A stretch of DNA of 64,000 nucleotides from Octopus sinensis (lineage: Eukaryota). The notes under the pieces are model-generated. The model was given only the letters and a program-made list of their open reading frames with translations. It was not told the origin of the DNA and searched no databases. Location: NCBI RefSeq assembly GCF_006345805.1, contig NC_043006.1, positions 87,854,001 to 87,918,000 on the forward strand. The letters are read 5' to 3'. Within the stretch, counting starts at the first letter, position 1. Each line of letters opens with the position of its first letter. Positions 1-12,499 of the stretch are shown here, piece by piece. A program made the position numbers and the translations under genes.

Positions 1-1430
1 ATTCTGGGATGGTTGTTTATCAAGGCAACTCACCGTCCCCTTGTAAAGGACTTCTGTATTTTGTTTTCATACTAACTTAAGCAGAAAAGCCTTTTTCACA
101 CAAATACGTTGAACTAAATGGAAACACGATATGTATTGCCTTCTTTGAGAAAAGTTAAGCAGATAGAAATTCGTTCCAAAAGCTTTGAAAATTAAGAAAC
201 ATTTTGAAACTAGTATCAGTTTTCATATCAATAATTACTTCAGTTAACTCTTGCAAAATATTTTCAATATCTCACAGGAACAGACTCCCTACTGATTTGG
301 AATTTTTATCTGTAATCTCAGAGAAATATTTATACTTAAAAGTTATCAGGAACGTTTTATCTAGATCTTCAAGAAAGGTATTTCCAGTAGTGCCCACAGT
401 TTCTGTGGTTATGAAAATGTCTCAAGAGAAGGAAGTGATACATAATTCCTTGACCACAGTTCTCATGAAATGCACTAATTTTTCCATTTTACAGAAACAG
501 ATTCGAATGCCCTCCTTGAAAGGACAAGTAAAAGGCACTGACTTTATCAAAGATGTCAGTGAGATAAGATAAATGCAACACAAATTTCTCATCAAACAGA
601 AAACTGATTAAATTTTGAATTTTCTGTGACAATATACCATAGATTATTCCTTCATGAAGCTTAAGGACCCTTTGAAGAACTTTTCCATGTGACAGCCATT
701 TAGCTTCTGACTGCAACAACTTTTGTAAGCAGCTCTTGCTACATTACATAATACAGAAAATAATCAAACATTGGTTGGATTGGCTTTAATGACATTCACG
801 ATCTTCACAGTAACTCCCATAGGAATACATAGATCATGACTCTTTTCCTTTGATGCTAGAACATGTTGATGAATAATGCAATGCATCTGCAGAAAATCAT
901 TCTCATATAACTGTTTGATTCTGGCACATAACCCACTGTGTTTTCTTGTGTTAGCTGCACTGTCTGGTGCACACTGTGATACTCGCACTCACACATAGAT
1001 TATTATTCACGAGAAAAGTTAGCAAAAGCCAGAGAATTTCACTTGATGTAGCTCAAGGCAACAAGGCCTGATAAAACAAAACTAAAAGTCTTTGCAGAGT
1101 TTATTTGCATTAAAGGTATCAAATGCAGCATAACACTTTTACTTGACTTGCAATATTATTGGTAGTTCCATCTAACTGTAATGCAAAACGACAATTGAAT
1201 CCTTTGACATTTCATCTATTGTTACTATGGGACTGGAATAAGTTTCATATTCAATTTTAATGTGGTTTTCTCATTAGCTAAGCAATAGCTCATTCTATAA
1301 GCAATGGATAGAATGAAAAATTAACCAACTATATGCATTTTGTTAGTCTTTGCAATCATTTCTGACACAATATTATAAGATAGTTGGAAGCAAGATGAAA
1401 ATTTTGTAACATATGAAACCAACATAGTAT
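1..1430 (-). mobile_element. Degenerate hAT (Charlie/Buster-like) transposase remnant
   Basis: Minus-strand fragments SEAKWLSHGKVLQRVLKL (cf. hAT EVRWLSRGKVLKR), LSYLTDIFDKV and MHCIIHQHVLASK (cf. HCxxHxxxLA); multiple stops and frameshifts. Confidence 0.8.
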
Positions 1431-1572
1431 TTTAAAGTTTGAATAACCATTGCCCTCAGTGGAATTTGAACTCAGAACATAAAGACAAGTGTAATACCAC
1501 TAAGCATTTTGCCAGTATGGTAATGATTCTGCCATTTTGCCACTTTAATAATAATAATAAAAATTATTATTA

Positions 1573-1606
<34 letters not shown>

Positions 1607-1789
1607 CATTATTATTATTATTTGCCTGTCCTTATGTTCTGATCAAATTCCACCAAGGTCAACTTCACCTGTCATCTTTTCAGGGTTGATCAATTTAGTA
1701 CCAGCAAAACACTTGGGTCAATGTAATCAATTAGTCTTCTCCCCACAAGTAGGAAGGATTATTATCATTATCATTATTATTATTATCCA

Positions 1790-2230
1790 GTGAGAGAGCA
1801 GTGCATGCCGTCAAAGTGATGCTGGGGTAAAATATACGAAGCCCAATATAATCATCATGACCACTAGTCTGATATAAGTACACCAGGCACATGCATCACA
1901 ACCACATATGCTTGACATGGTGATCTTATATCAAGATAAACAGCACATGACCTTGCAGCTGGGACCCAGTTAGAATTTTCCTTAGATCAAGTAGCCCACC
2001 CCACTCAAAAGGTTCCTGAATAAGGTTTGTTTTAAGGATGATGAATAAGACATCCATGTTTCCAGAAGTGAATTATTCAAACCCAAAGAATTCCTCTCAG
2101 AACATGGCTATGATTCTCCCCCACTACTTCTGCTCATGATTAGAGATGCACACATCATTACTCACTAAGAGATATGCTCAACTGGTTAAGGTCAAACAAC
2201 TGATAAGCAAATTTGTGGTATTGAACAAAA
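1790..2230 (+). mobile_element. Partial copy of ~560-bp TAA-embedded interspersed repeat
   Basis: Same sequence as 11926-12480 and 15011-16435; flanked by (ATT/ATC)n. Confidence 0.8.
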
Positions 2231-2269
2231 TTATTATCATTATTATTATCATTATTATCATTTTAATTC

Positions 2270-2745
2270 TCAGAGCATGTAATCTTATTTGCTCTGGTTA
2301 ATTTTGTGAGAGCAGACAGCAGCCTGTTGTGTAAGGTCTCACAGGGTCTTTCGGGATCTCTTTCCACAAACTATAAGACATGGAACCTAGATGTTAAGTA
2401 CCATAGAAGATAACACCTACATAGCAATTTCAAAATCTTCACTGTCCCCAGTAGAGCAGTATTTTAGCATGTTCTACCCTCATGTCAATTCCAATTTCTC
2501 ATGGAACAAACTGCTGGCATCAGTTGTTAGTTGTCGGAGCACTGCATCCTTCAAAACTTCCATGCTTCCTGAGATTCACCAACACTACACCTGATATTCT
2601 CCCCTCCATACACATGCAAGCATGTATCTGACTCATACACTGTTCGCTTTCCAGACATTTGTACATTACTGCATACACTTTATATGCACTTTCTGACAAG
2701 TTGTGGTGCACCTGAGCACTGTATACAATAATTTCATTATTATTA
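2270..2745 (+). mobile_element. CR1/L2-like LINE 3' end remnant
   Basis: ORF 2391-2594 ends ...SWNKLLASVVSCRSTASFK (cf. CR1/L2 C-terminal WNxLPxxVVxxxxxxxFK), followed by an (ATT)n tail. Confidence 0.5.
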
Positions 2746-2843
2746 TTATTACTTGAACTTGGTTGTTAGTGCTCCATATACCCCTACAACTACTGGGATG
2801 ACAGTAACTCACTTCATTGTCCACATTATCATTATTATTATTA

Positions 2844-2890
<47 letters not shown>

Positions 2891-3017
2891 TAGTTTTATT
2901 TTTATAGCGTGCTTTCACTTCACTACCGAGCGCAGCTCTGTGTGCCTTGGGTATGTGCTGTGATTTGTTGTGATGCTCTGATGGTTATTGTATGGAAAGT
3001 GTTCTGCGTAGGATGTG

Positions 3018-3069
<52 letters not shown>

Positions 3070-3079
3070 TATTTTAAAT

Positions 3080-3566
3080 TTACTTTATTGACCTCAGAAG
3101 GATGAAAGGCAATGTTTGACATCAGTGAGATTCAAGCTAAGACTGCAAAGAATCAGAGAAAATAATACAAAGAAAAGACCATTTTGTTTAACTTGCTAAT
3201 AATTTTGCCAGCTAGCCACATTAAAAAAAATGTTCTGTTGGGGTCAGCGATGATTTTGAGATTGGTCGTTGCATGTTAAGTATCATGGAAAGAGAAACTG
3301 TGAAACCTTTGAAAACAGGTTGCAAGTAAAATCAAGAACTCTGAGAAGTAAAATGGAAATAATAATTGTAATAAGACCAGCAATTTGGGGGAATGGGGTA
3401 AGTCAATTACATTGACCCCAGTGCTTAACTGGTACTTATTTTATCAACCCCAAAAAGATGAAAGGCAAAGCCAACCCCAGTTGATTTTTCAACTTAGAAC
3501 ATAAGGATGGACAAAATGTCACTAAGTATTTGGCCTGGTATGCTAATGATTCTTCTAATTTGCCAC

Positions 3567-3614
<48 letters not shown>

Positions 3615-3740
3615 TAATAATAATGATAATAATAATAACAGTTTCAAATTTTGCCACAAGAGCAGCAGTTTGCAGGGAGGAGATGAGTTGATTACATCGA
3701 CCCTAGTGTTCAACTGGTACTTATTTTATCAACCTTGAAA
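3080..3740 (-). mobile_element. Cluster of Meta-domain tRNA-SINE fragments
   Basis: Repeated ctggtacttattttatcaacc...gatgaaaggcaaag motif (reverse of the Meta-like domain), separated by (TAA)n runs. Confidence 0.65.
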
Positions 3741-3940
3741 TAATGATAATAATAATAATAATAATGATGATAATGATAATGATAATAACGATAATAATAA
3801 TAATAATAGTAATAATAATAATAATAATAATAGTAATAGTAATAATAATAATAGTAATAATAATAATAATAATAATAATGATAATAATAATAATAATAAT
3901 AAGAAGAAGAAGAAGAACAACAACAACAACAACAACAAAT
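3740..3940. repeat. Compound microsatellite (TAA/TGA/TAG)n-(GAA)n-(CAA)n
   Basis: Direct reading; explains the poly-I/Y/L ORF artefacts here. Confidence 0.95.
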
Positions 3941-5553
3941 ACATAAATTAAGACACAATATGGCTAAATACTGCAGGCATTTGGTTGTACACTTTACCAT
4001 TTCTGCTACTCACCACTCACCACTCTCCACTCATACAATAATAAAGATACACTGTTACTGGTTCTATTTGTTTGGTATTGATTAGAAATAAAGTGAGTTG
4101 GTTATCAATTTCTTAGTGTGTTTGATATAGATTGAGATCAATGAAGACAGATTGCTATTAAGTCCTTTATGTATTTGATAGAAACCAACAAAAACAACAG
4201 TTTACAAATTCAATCAATTGTATGAAATAGATTAAGAAAAAGCTATGATAATCTGTATCCAGTTATAATATTCGTCTGTTACCAACCAAAGAAACAAAAA
4301 TGGGCAGTTACCAATTCCTTGGTATATTTCATAGAAAAACTCATCAAAACAAAGAAAGCTGTTACCTCAAAAACAATGTAACTGGCAGTCAGCAATTTTA
4401 TTTTTATTATTGCTTTAGTGCTCACTCATGAAAAGCAAATTTAAATACTATTACAATGAATGTTATAAATATTAAAATCTATGTTATAAATATTAAAATC
4501 TATGCAATACGAATTATGTCATAAATATAAACACGTAATACAAATGGATGAGTATACTCAAGACGGTTTATACCATCCAGTTATTCCTTTATTGATTTCA
4601 ATAATAGACATTGCACCGTTTTTTTTTGTCTTTCATGTGTTTTGCTTATTTATATATTTATTCTTTAAAGACTAGGATATATAATAGTTGTTCAGCTCAG
4701 CAACACAATTCAATGTATTACTCACATTTTTATTGGTATTTTCAATGAAGAATGAAGTTGATCATCACCGAAATTATATAAAACCATGGCTGTGTGGATA
4801 AGAAAATTACTTCCCAACTAAATCGTTTCATATTCAGTCTCACTGTGCAGCATCATTGTGGGTTGCCCAAAACTTTGTGAATGAAATTTCATAGATAAAA
4901 AAACTATGTGAAGGCAAGTGGTTAACTTAAACCATTAACATGTTTAACAACAACGCCTGGTTCTTGGGTGCCTTCTGTATAGTCCACTCCTGTTGAAATC
5001 AGTTGGGCCAGGTCTGCAGTCTGAAGATAATTGTACCCCTCCCCGTCTATGTATATTCAGTTTAGAAGAATTTATGGTTATTAGCTCTCATTCCTATCTG
5101 TGTGGAATTGATATAAACTTACTAGAAAAGACTCTAGTGACAGATTGATGTTCTATTCACATGTACACACATGTGTCTGTGTGTGACAATATATATATAT
5201 ATATATATATATATCTGTGCTCACATACATACATACATACATACATACATACATACAGACAGACAGACATACAGACAGACATACAGACAGATAGACAGAT
5301 AGATCTGTGAACACCTGTCAATGCCAGGCATGCCATAAAGTCTGTAAATCTAATGAAAGCCTCAAAAGAAATTTTAAGACTTACAAACATCAGAACTTAA
5401 CGGCAGCTCTTGGTGGTCCAAATCAGATATGCAATCTACGTGGGTGTCTTTTTAAAATATTGTCTGGTTTAAAAAGCCACAACAGACAACATGATAGATC
5501 TAAGGTGTAAGTGCAAGAGGTGTTTAGACTCTGCATAAGGGAGTAGACAACCA

Positions 5554-5590
<37 letters not shown>

Positions 5591-5657
5591 GGTCCCAGGT
5601 TGAGTCGGGGTTAACCACAGTAAATAAGGTACTCAATACATAGCAGAGTAAATTAAT

Positions 5658-5812
5658 TTATTTTATAGAAGGAGCTTCTACAGGACTAGAACTGTTTCAT
5701 TCAAAAGAAATCATCAGGAAGCTAGGTGACAAGAATCTTGTCACCTAGCTTCCTGATGATTTCTTTTGAATGAAACAGTTCTAGTCCTGTAGAAGCTCCT
5801 TCTATAAAATAA
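5658..5812. repeat. Perfect 155-bp palindrome (two 77-bp arms, 1-nt spacer at 5735)
   Basis: 5658-5734 is the exact reverse complement of 5736-5812 (centre gacaaga-a-tcttgtc). Confidence 0.95.
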
Positions 5813-5824
5813 TATATATATAGA

Positions 5825-6285
5825 TATATATATATATATATACAAAGGATCCAAGGATTGAGGTGTAGGAAGAAAGTTAGCTTCAAGTGATCCATGTTTA
5901 GTATAGCAACTTTTAGAGTCAATAATGGTTTACTGAGACAGAAGGTTGTGGATATTTTCCTATCAGAGTATGGTAAATTGAAAAAGTTCATTTTATATTT
6001 TATGGTAAGCAACCGGGGTTGCTGGGTATACGAATAAGAATGCAAGAGTTAAGGAATGGAGTAGATAAAATTTGGGCTACATATGTTTCATAACAAGTGG
6101 AACCTTGGAAGTGGTAAATATCCAAGCAAGGTGTATAGTGCAGGCTACTCTTCAGGCCAAAGATATCTTGATTAAATGGAAGTTTACATTGTTGCAAGGA
6201 GGTACATGTTAGCACATGGAAGATTCGATCTTCTGATTGAATCTCCCATATGTTAACTTGTACATCCTTGTGACAATGTAAACTA
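5825..6285 (-). mobile_element. Penelope-like GIY-YIG endonuclease remnant and 3' region
   Basis: Minus strand reads VYIVTRMYKLTYGRFNQKIESSMC with frameshifts, resembling the VYxIxC...YIGET-xxL-xxR GIY-YIG motif. Confidence 0.45.
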
Positions 6286-6309
6286 TATATTCATTCTATA
6301 TATATATAT

Positions 6310-6711
6310 ATATATACTCGTTCTTCACTTATTTATTACTGTTCTTATTGTTCAGAAATCTTTTGTCACATAACTAGTGACCTCCTCAGTGACACTTTCC
6401 ATCTTCAGGTGTGCTCTTGCTCTGCTTATTCCCTTCTGTTCTTCTCATGTTTGAGGGACTGAACAGAATGGAATAGGCAGAGCAAGAGCACACATGAAAA
6501 ACAGAAAGTGTTGCTGAGGCGGTCACAAGATGTATGATGAAAGATTTCCGGACAATGGACATGAGTTAGAATAATAACAGTAACAAACAAGTGAAGAACG
6601 AATATATAGTGCATGTATTTATTTGGAAAAATAAAATGACCATCCTGAAATACAACAATATCTGTTTCAACACATGACTTCACATCAGAAATCTTGCAAC
6701 ACAAATTCATA

Positions 6712-6717
<6 letters not shown>
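6310..6717. mobile_element. Fold-back pair of Penelope-like terminal repeats, each with a degenerate minimal hammerhead ribozyme
   Basis: 6310-6441 is inverted relative to 6461-6608; innermost 33-bp stem 6409-6441/6461-6493 has 2 differences. Cores: CTGAGGA-g-GTCAC..GTGAC-AAAA (minus, 6361-6389) and CTGAGGC-g-GTCAC..ATGAT-GAAA (plus, 6514-6542). Confidence 0.7.
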
Positions 6718-6746
<29 letters not shown>

Positions 6747-6756
6747 TTTACCATGA

Positions 6757-7205
6757 TCATGGTATGATATGCCACAAACTGCACAATTTTAGCATAGCTG
6801 GAAAACTTGGAGAGTGGTTACTGTTTTTCCCAAAGAGAACAGATTCATCCAATTTGGTATGGCCACTGAATGAGAGGAGTATGAACAATCCCCATATAAA
6901 GTGGAGCATCATAGCTAAGGCATGCAAATATAGGGGACAGAGCAATAAATGCAACCTCTGTATCACGAGAAAATTTAATATTATAACATCAACAATGAAT
7001 GTTTTAAATATTAGAAAGAAAACATTCTCTCCTTGCATGCAGAAGAAACAATTCATACTTCAAAATTTGAAAAATTTTAAGCATGACCCCACCACTCACT
7101 CTGTCACCCACTCCAAACTAGGTAAGTTTTTGGATATTGATTAAATGCACAATATGTATTATATGTACATTATATAATAAAGACCTATACATCCATGAAC
7201 TAATG
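6757..7205 (+). mobile_element. Penelope-like endonuclease C-terminal fragment (possibly Naiad-type), copy 1
   Basis: IKWSIIAKACKYRGQSNKCNLCITRKFNII...LNIRK...CMQKKQFIL matches the PLE EN C-terminal pattern W-S-I..CxxC..LNxR..C.H; near-identical to 8600-9000. Confidence 0.65.
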
Positions 7206-8109
7206 CTGGATTCCCTAACTACACAGATTTATATGCATAGCACATATTCATGACATTACATGATTCACAAGAAAATCATATATATATAAACTTATGAACT
7301 TAAAACTCCATAGACCAAGTTTTGGCATCAGAAATCTATGAAATCCTTACAGCAAGTTCACTGTCTGCTTTTTATTGATTTTATTATATGTATGTAAATA
7401 TGTATATGTGCTATATATATATATATATATATATATATCATTTCAAGAGAAACTAATATTCAAAAGAATAAGACATGTTACTTCTCTGTGTTATTTATTT
7501 TATATTTTCAGCATTTTGAGGGGCAATCAAATAATTAGTAAAAATTAAGTAAAGTTGAAATCAATTAAATATATTTTTCATACCTTTCCCATAACTTTTT
7601 TATGTAATACAAAAGAAGTTGCCCTTTTTTATACACACCAATAACCAATTTTCTTTACTACATTCCATAACATAGTTAGTGTTAGGAAAGGCATCTGATC
7701 ATAGGAACCAAACCAAAAGTGAAATACCTCTTTGCATGATGCTGTCTCCAAACTTGTCTGAGTCACCAGTACCTCTGAATAGGTGCTAATTCTGTTTGTT
7801 GTGAACCCTCCAGCTCATACTAGTTTGGAAAGGAAATGATGATGATGATGATGATTTTAGATAGAACTGATGTAACAAATTGATTAACATCATTTTAACA
7901 ATTTTTATTTCAAGATTATCTCAATCTTCATTAACCTTAACGATAACCTGAGTGAAATGTGAAGGAGATAAAGGATTTGGGAACTGAAACTGTAAATTAG
8001 ATCAAATAAAGATTAAACCTTTATGTGATTTCAGTTTTTTCTACCAACTTTACCAGTCAGTAAACTTCTAGATCACTAACTCAGTAAACTTAATAGTTAT
8101 TGTCATTGT

Positions 8110-8290
8110 GGCTAGTGGCAGAATTACTAGAGTGACTGACAAATTGCCCTACACTATTTAACAACATCACTGTGCATTCTCTTAAATAAGAGTTGGCTTT
8201 ATTATCTTTATAGAGTCAATAGGCAATAAAATAAGTGCTGATTATGTACAGGTGTTACATTTATGGCTTGTATCTTCCCCAAACATGCAG
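8110..8290 (+). mobile_element. Old, diverged Meta-domain SINE fragment
   Basis: ggcagaattactagagtgactgacaaattgcc resembles the head of the family at 11410-11620. Confidence 0.4.
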
Positions 8291-8599
8291 ATCTATTTCT
8301 AAGTGATATTTTAGACTTTTACCAACTGCTGGTGTTGCGCAGAATAATCTGCCATCTCAGCCCCTGCTTTGTATTTTGTCAGATTCCTTGAAAATAGAAA
8401 TCAGTTGTTTGTTTTGTTGATGTTTCATAACTTTTTATATTAATTTTCATGACTCTTAATTCGATATTCTTGTAATCCAACAGTGGATATGTAGAATAGT
8501 TTTCTAGTTACAGAAGGATTTTGAGTGGTGTATTATAAATGAAGTTATTATTTTCCTAGCATGTCTATTTGCTCTTGTTAGATCATGGCAGTTAAGTTG

Positions 8600-9000
8600 T
8601 AGATTGGCTGTTTTTCGCAAAGACACAACAGATTCATCCAATATGGTATGGACATTGAAAGAGAGGAGTATGAACAATCCCCATATGAACGGGAGCATCA
8701 TAGCTAAGTCACACAAATATAGGGGACAGAGCAATAAATGCAACCTCTGTATCACGAGAAAATTTAATATTATAACATCAACAATGAATATTTTAAATAT
8801 TAGAGAGAAAATATTCTTCCTTTGCATGCAGAAGAAACAATTCATACTTCAAAATTCGAAAAATTTCAAGCATGACCTCACCACTCACTCTGTCACCCAC
8901 TCCAAACTAGGTAAGTTTTTGGATATTGATTAAATGCACATTATGCATTATATGTACATTATATAATAAAGACCTATACATCCATGAACTAATGCTGGAT
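8600..9000 (+). mobile_element. Penelope-like endonuclease C-terminal fragment, copy 2
   Basis: ORF 8604-8933 is nearly identical to ORF 6764-7144; the shared 3' UTR ends ...gaactaatgctggatt. Confidence 0.65.
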
Positions 9001-10310
9001 TTTAGTATCAAATTGAAAATATAACAATAACTTATTGTACAGAGAGATAAAGTATTGGTCACTATTACCTTATTACTTGTTTGCAGTTTGCTGCTTCAAA
9101 TATTAAGTAAATGTATCTATGATATTCCTTCCTAATGTTTTTTTCTTCTTTTGTGTATGTTGCATTCTGTCAACTTCATCGATTCCTAAGTATTTGTATG
9201 TCTCTATTTGATGTGATTATCGTATCTCAGTTTCTTTATCTAACAAGATATTAGTGTTATTATCTTTTCTCTTTCTAAGGTTGCTTGGGCATTTTTTTTT
9301 CTAATCTGAATGTTATATCAGTTTTCCTGGTAACTCCATGCATTGTTTGCAATAGTGTTTCTAATTAATTATTATTTACAGCATATAACTTGAGGTCATC
9401 CATACATAAAAATGGTTGATTGTCTAATCCTATCACTTGTATCCATGTCCAGTCCTGTTTAAAATGGCAGTTAAAGATGTCTGTGCCAGACAGAAAAGGA
9501 GTCAAAAGATGTCTTATTGGAATATTCCTTTTCTAATGGAGCTTAGTATGATTTTTATAATTCCTCCTTCCATATCCATCTTCAAAATTGTTTGCAATTG
9601 AGTCATGAAATATTTTTCTTTTCTCTTATTATTGGTGTGAATTTATTCATGGCTAGTGCTTCTAGGATTTATATGTGAGAAATACTCTCATGTTATTTCT
9701 GCTACTCAGTCCATGCAATTACCAAATCCTTTCTTATTTTCATTGGCTGTCTTTGGTGAGGTAGCTTTCTTGATCAATAACTGTTCTTTACAACTACATG
9801 AGTCTTTGCAGTATCCCTTCTGCTCTCCTGAAAACAGATTATTCTTCTACATGTTCATTAATGAGATGCAATATCATTGTAGGTTAGGCTTTATAAACTC
9901 TGGGAAGACATGTGGTAGGTCTGTAGTTATGAGCAATTCTTGTCTGTAGTAATTCCTTTGCTCCTCTTATATGTACATACACCTCTTCAAAATTCTACTA
10001 ATTCCTTTCCTATTGGAGTGGTACTGATTTCTGTTTTCATGCATTTTATCAAGTTTTTTCATAAAAATGTCTTTTAGGCTCAAGTGAAGTTCTTTGTTTT
10101 GTTTAAAGAATATTTGCTGTTTTTCATACTGAGGGATTCTTTGTTATTTAGTGAGAAACTCCAGTTCCAAGCCTTCTTTGATTTTTGGCTATTTCTCTTT
10201 TGGTTACCTTATAATTCTACTATATTTGTGTCACTTTCTTTCCAATTGTAGTTTTTTTAAAAATAGATTTTATTAAGAAATGAGATATCTTTTCTCTTAT
10301 TTTCAATCTT
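9000..10310 (-). mobile_element. Old R4/Dong-like (REL clade) non-LTR RT remnant
   Basis: Minus strand TYKYLGIDEVDRMQH and INH(L)xxMDDLKLYA (frameshifted); same motif style as the 13175-14880 element. Confidence 0.6.
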
Positions 10311-10329
10311 TTTCACTGTATATTTGTTC

Positions 10330-10477
10330 TATATGTTAATCTGTGCACAGCAACCTGAGAAGTGTCTTCTGCTATAGCCCCAAGCTGAACAAAGCCTTGT
10401 GAGTGGATTTGGTATATGGAAACTGAAAGAAGCCCATTGTACACATGCACAAACACACACACACACAAACACACACA

Positions 10478-10538
<61 letters not shown>

Positions 10539-10600
10539 TTGTATAAGTGTGTGGATATGTGTGCTTGTCTTCTTGTCTTGACATTGTGCAACAATTGTAA
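10330..10600 (+). mobile_element. Partial tRNA-SINE (family A) with (CA)n
   Basis: gtgtcttctgctatagcc...aaagccttgtgagtggatttgg core shared with 29447-29850. Confidence 0.7.
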
Positions 10601-11279
10601 ATAAACATCATCATCACACAAGCAGTACCATCCATTTCCAATCTCCTGTAAATACATATCCAACCAAAGGGTTAATATTACCTTGCTTGAAAAACAGGCA
10701 ACAATTGATGACAGGAAGGGTACCTGGCAGTAGAACATCTGTCCAGTCCATGGAAGCATGGAAAATCAGGCATTAAAATGAAGATGTAAATGATGATAAT
10801 GAGGACAATCACAATGGCAATAATGACTACGACGATGATGATGATGATGACAATGATAATTCCTTGCTGTTTATAGTTTATTTGTTTGACTACGACAACA
10901 ATGATGATGATGATTATGATGATGATGATGACAATGATAATTCCTTGCTGTTTATAGTTTATTTGTTTTGTTCTGCTTCAATTTTTGTTAGTTTCTGTTC
11001 TGAAGGTGTTGTAGTGTTCTGTTATTTAGCAAATATTAGTTCTACCTCTGTGGGTTTTCACTCTTGATAATTGTTTTTTTTTTTTATATTTTCATTTGCT
11101 GTTTTGTGTGTTACTTTTGTTTTACTTATTATTGGTGGATTGGCAGAACAGTTAAAGCAGCAGACAAAATGTCTCACTGTATTTCTTCATCTCTTTATGC
11201 TCTGGAAGTGAAACCCCAACAAAGTCACCTTTGTGTTTCATCTTTCCAAGGCCAATAAAATCAAGTATTTGCATAGTAC

Positions 11280-11357
11280 TATGGCTGATTTAATCAATTA
11301 ACTCACTCTCCTCAAAATTGCTGGCCTAGAGCCTAAATATGAAATTATTATAATCAT

Positions 11358-11398
<41 letters not shown>

Positions 11399-11620
11399 AG
11401 TAGTAGTAAGGTGGTGAGCTGGTAGACTCATTAGCATTTCAGGCAAAATGCTTAATGGTATTTCAGCTGTCTTTACGTTCTGAGCTCAAATTCTGCTGAG
11501 GTTGACTGCCTTTCATCCTTTCAGGTTCGATAAATCAAGTATCAGTGAAACACTGGGGTTGAAGCAATCAACCAGTCCCTTCCGCATAAACCCAAGCCTT
11601 GTGCCTTTAGTAGAAAGGAT
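11280..11620 (+). mobile_element. Meta-domain tRNA-SINE (family B) plus fragment
   Basis: ggtggtgagctggtagactcattagc head; gaggttgactgcctttcatcctttcagg Meta-like domain; (ATT)n tail. Confidence 0.75.
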
Positions 11621-11628
11621 TATTATTA

Positions 11629-11665
<37 letters not shown>

Positions 11666-11666
11666 C

Positions 11667-11698
<32 letters not shown>

Positions 11699-11925
11699 TG
11701 AAGCACAGGCATGCGCTCAGGCTACGGCATCTCCAATGTTTCCTTTATGGTGACCAGGTGTGGTCACTGTTTATGAGAGACTCACTTTTTCACAGCTCGT
11801 CTCTTTGACTGAGCTGCAAACCTGGATTAGGCATAGACCGAGGTGGGATGCTTGGTACCTTGAGTGCCTTCAAATGCTCACATAGGCCTTGTACCTATGG
11901 GAGAAAGGTTTATCATAATTATCAC

Positions 11926-12480
11926 TGAGTGAGAGAGCAGTGCATGTCATAAAAATGATGTTGGGGTAAAATATATGAAGCCCAATATACCCATCATGAC
12001 TACACTTCTGACAAGGGTACACCAGGCACATGCAGCACAACCATATGTGCATGATATGGTGATCTCATATCAAAATAAAGAGTTCATGACCTTGCAGGTG
12101 AGACCCAGTTAGAATTTTCTTCAGATCAAATAGCCCATCTCACTCAAAATGTCCCTGAATCATGGTTGTTTAAGGATGTTGAATGAAACACCTATGTTTC
12201 CAGAGGTGAATTATTCAAACTCCAAAGAATTCCTCTCAATACATGGCTATGATGTTCCCCAACTACTTTTGCTTATGATCAGTAATGCACATATCATCAG
12301 CCATGAAAGGACATGCTCAACTGGTTAAGGTCAAACAACTGACAAGCAAATTTGTGGTATTAAGCAGAATATTTGCTGTAGCCCATCTTTTATACCAAGA
12401 CAAAACATGTACATGATAACACTTCCAATCAGTTAAGATAAGAAGCCATGAGGCCTAGTGTCTGGTACTGCATCAAAGCG
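11926..12480 (+). mobile_element. Full-length ~560-bp TAA-embedded interspersed repeat
   Basis: Runs from tgagtgagagagcagtgcatg to ctggtactgcatcaaagc, followed by (ATT/GTT)n; homologous to 15301-15860 and 15877-16435. Confidence 0.85.
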
Positions 12481-12499
12481 TATTATTGTTGTTGTTGTT

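Noticed and set aside
4140-4600. Possible ancient PLE RT fragment and a small hairpin at ~4545-4580
   Set aside because: Too degenerate, and the hairpin has no HHR core.
5752-5790. CTGATGA...GAAA hammerhead-like motif in the perfect palindrome
   Set aside because: Stem II is weak and no stem I can be formed adjacent to the core.
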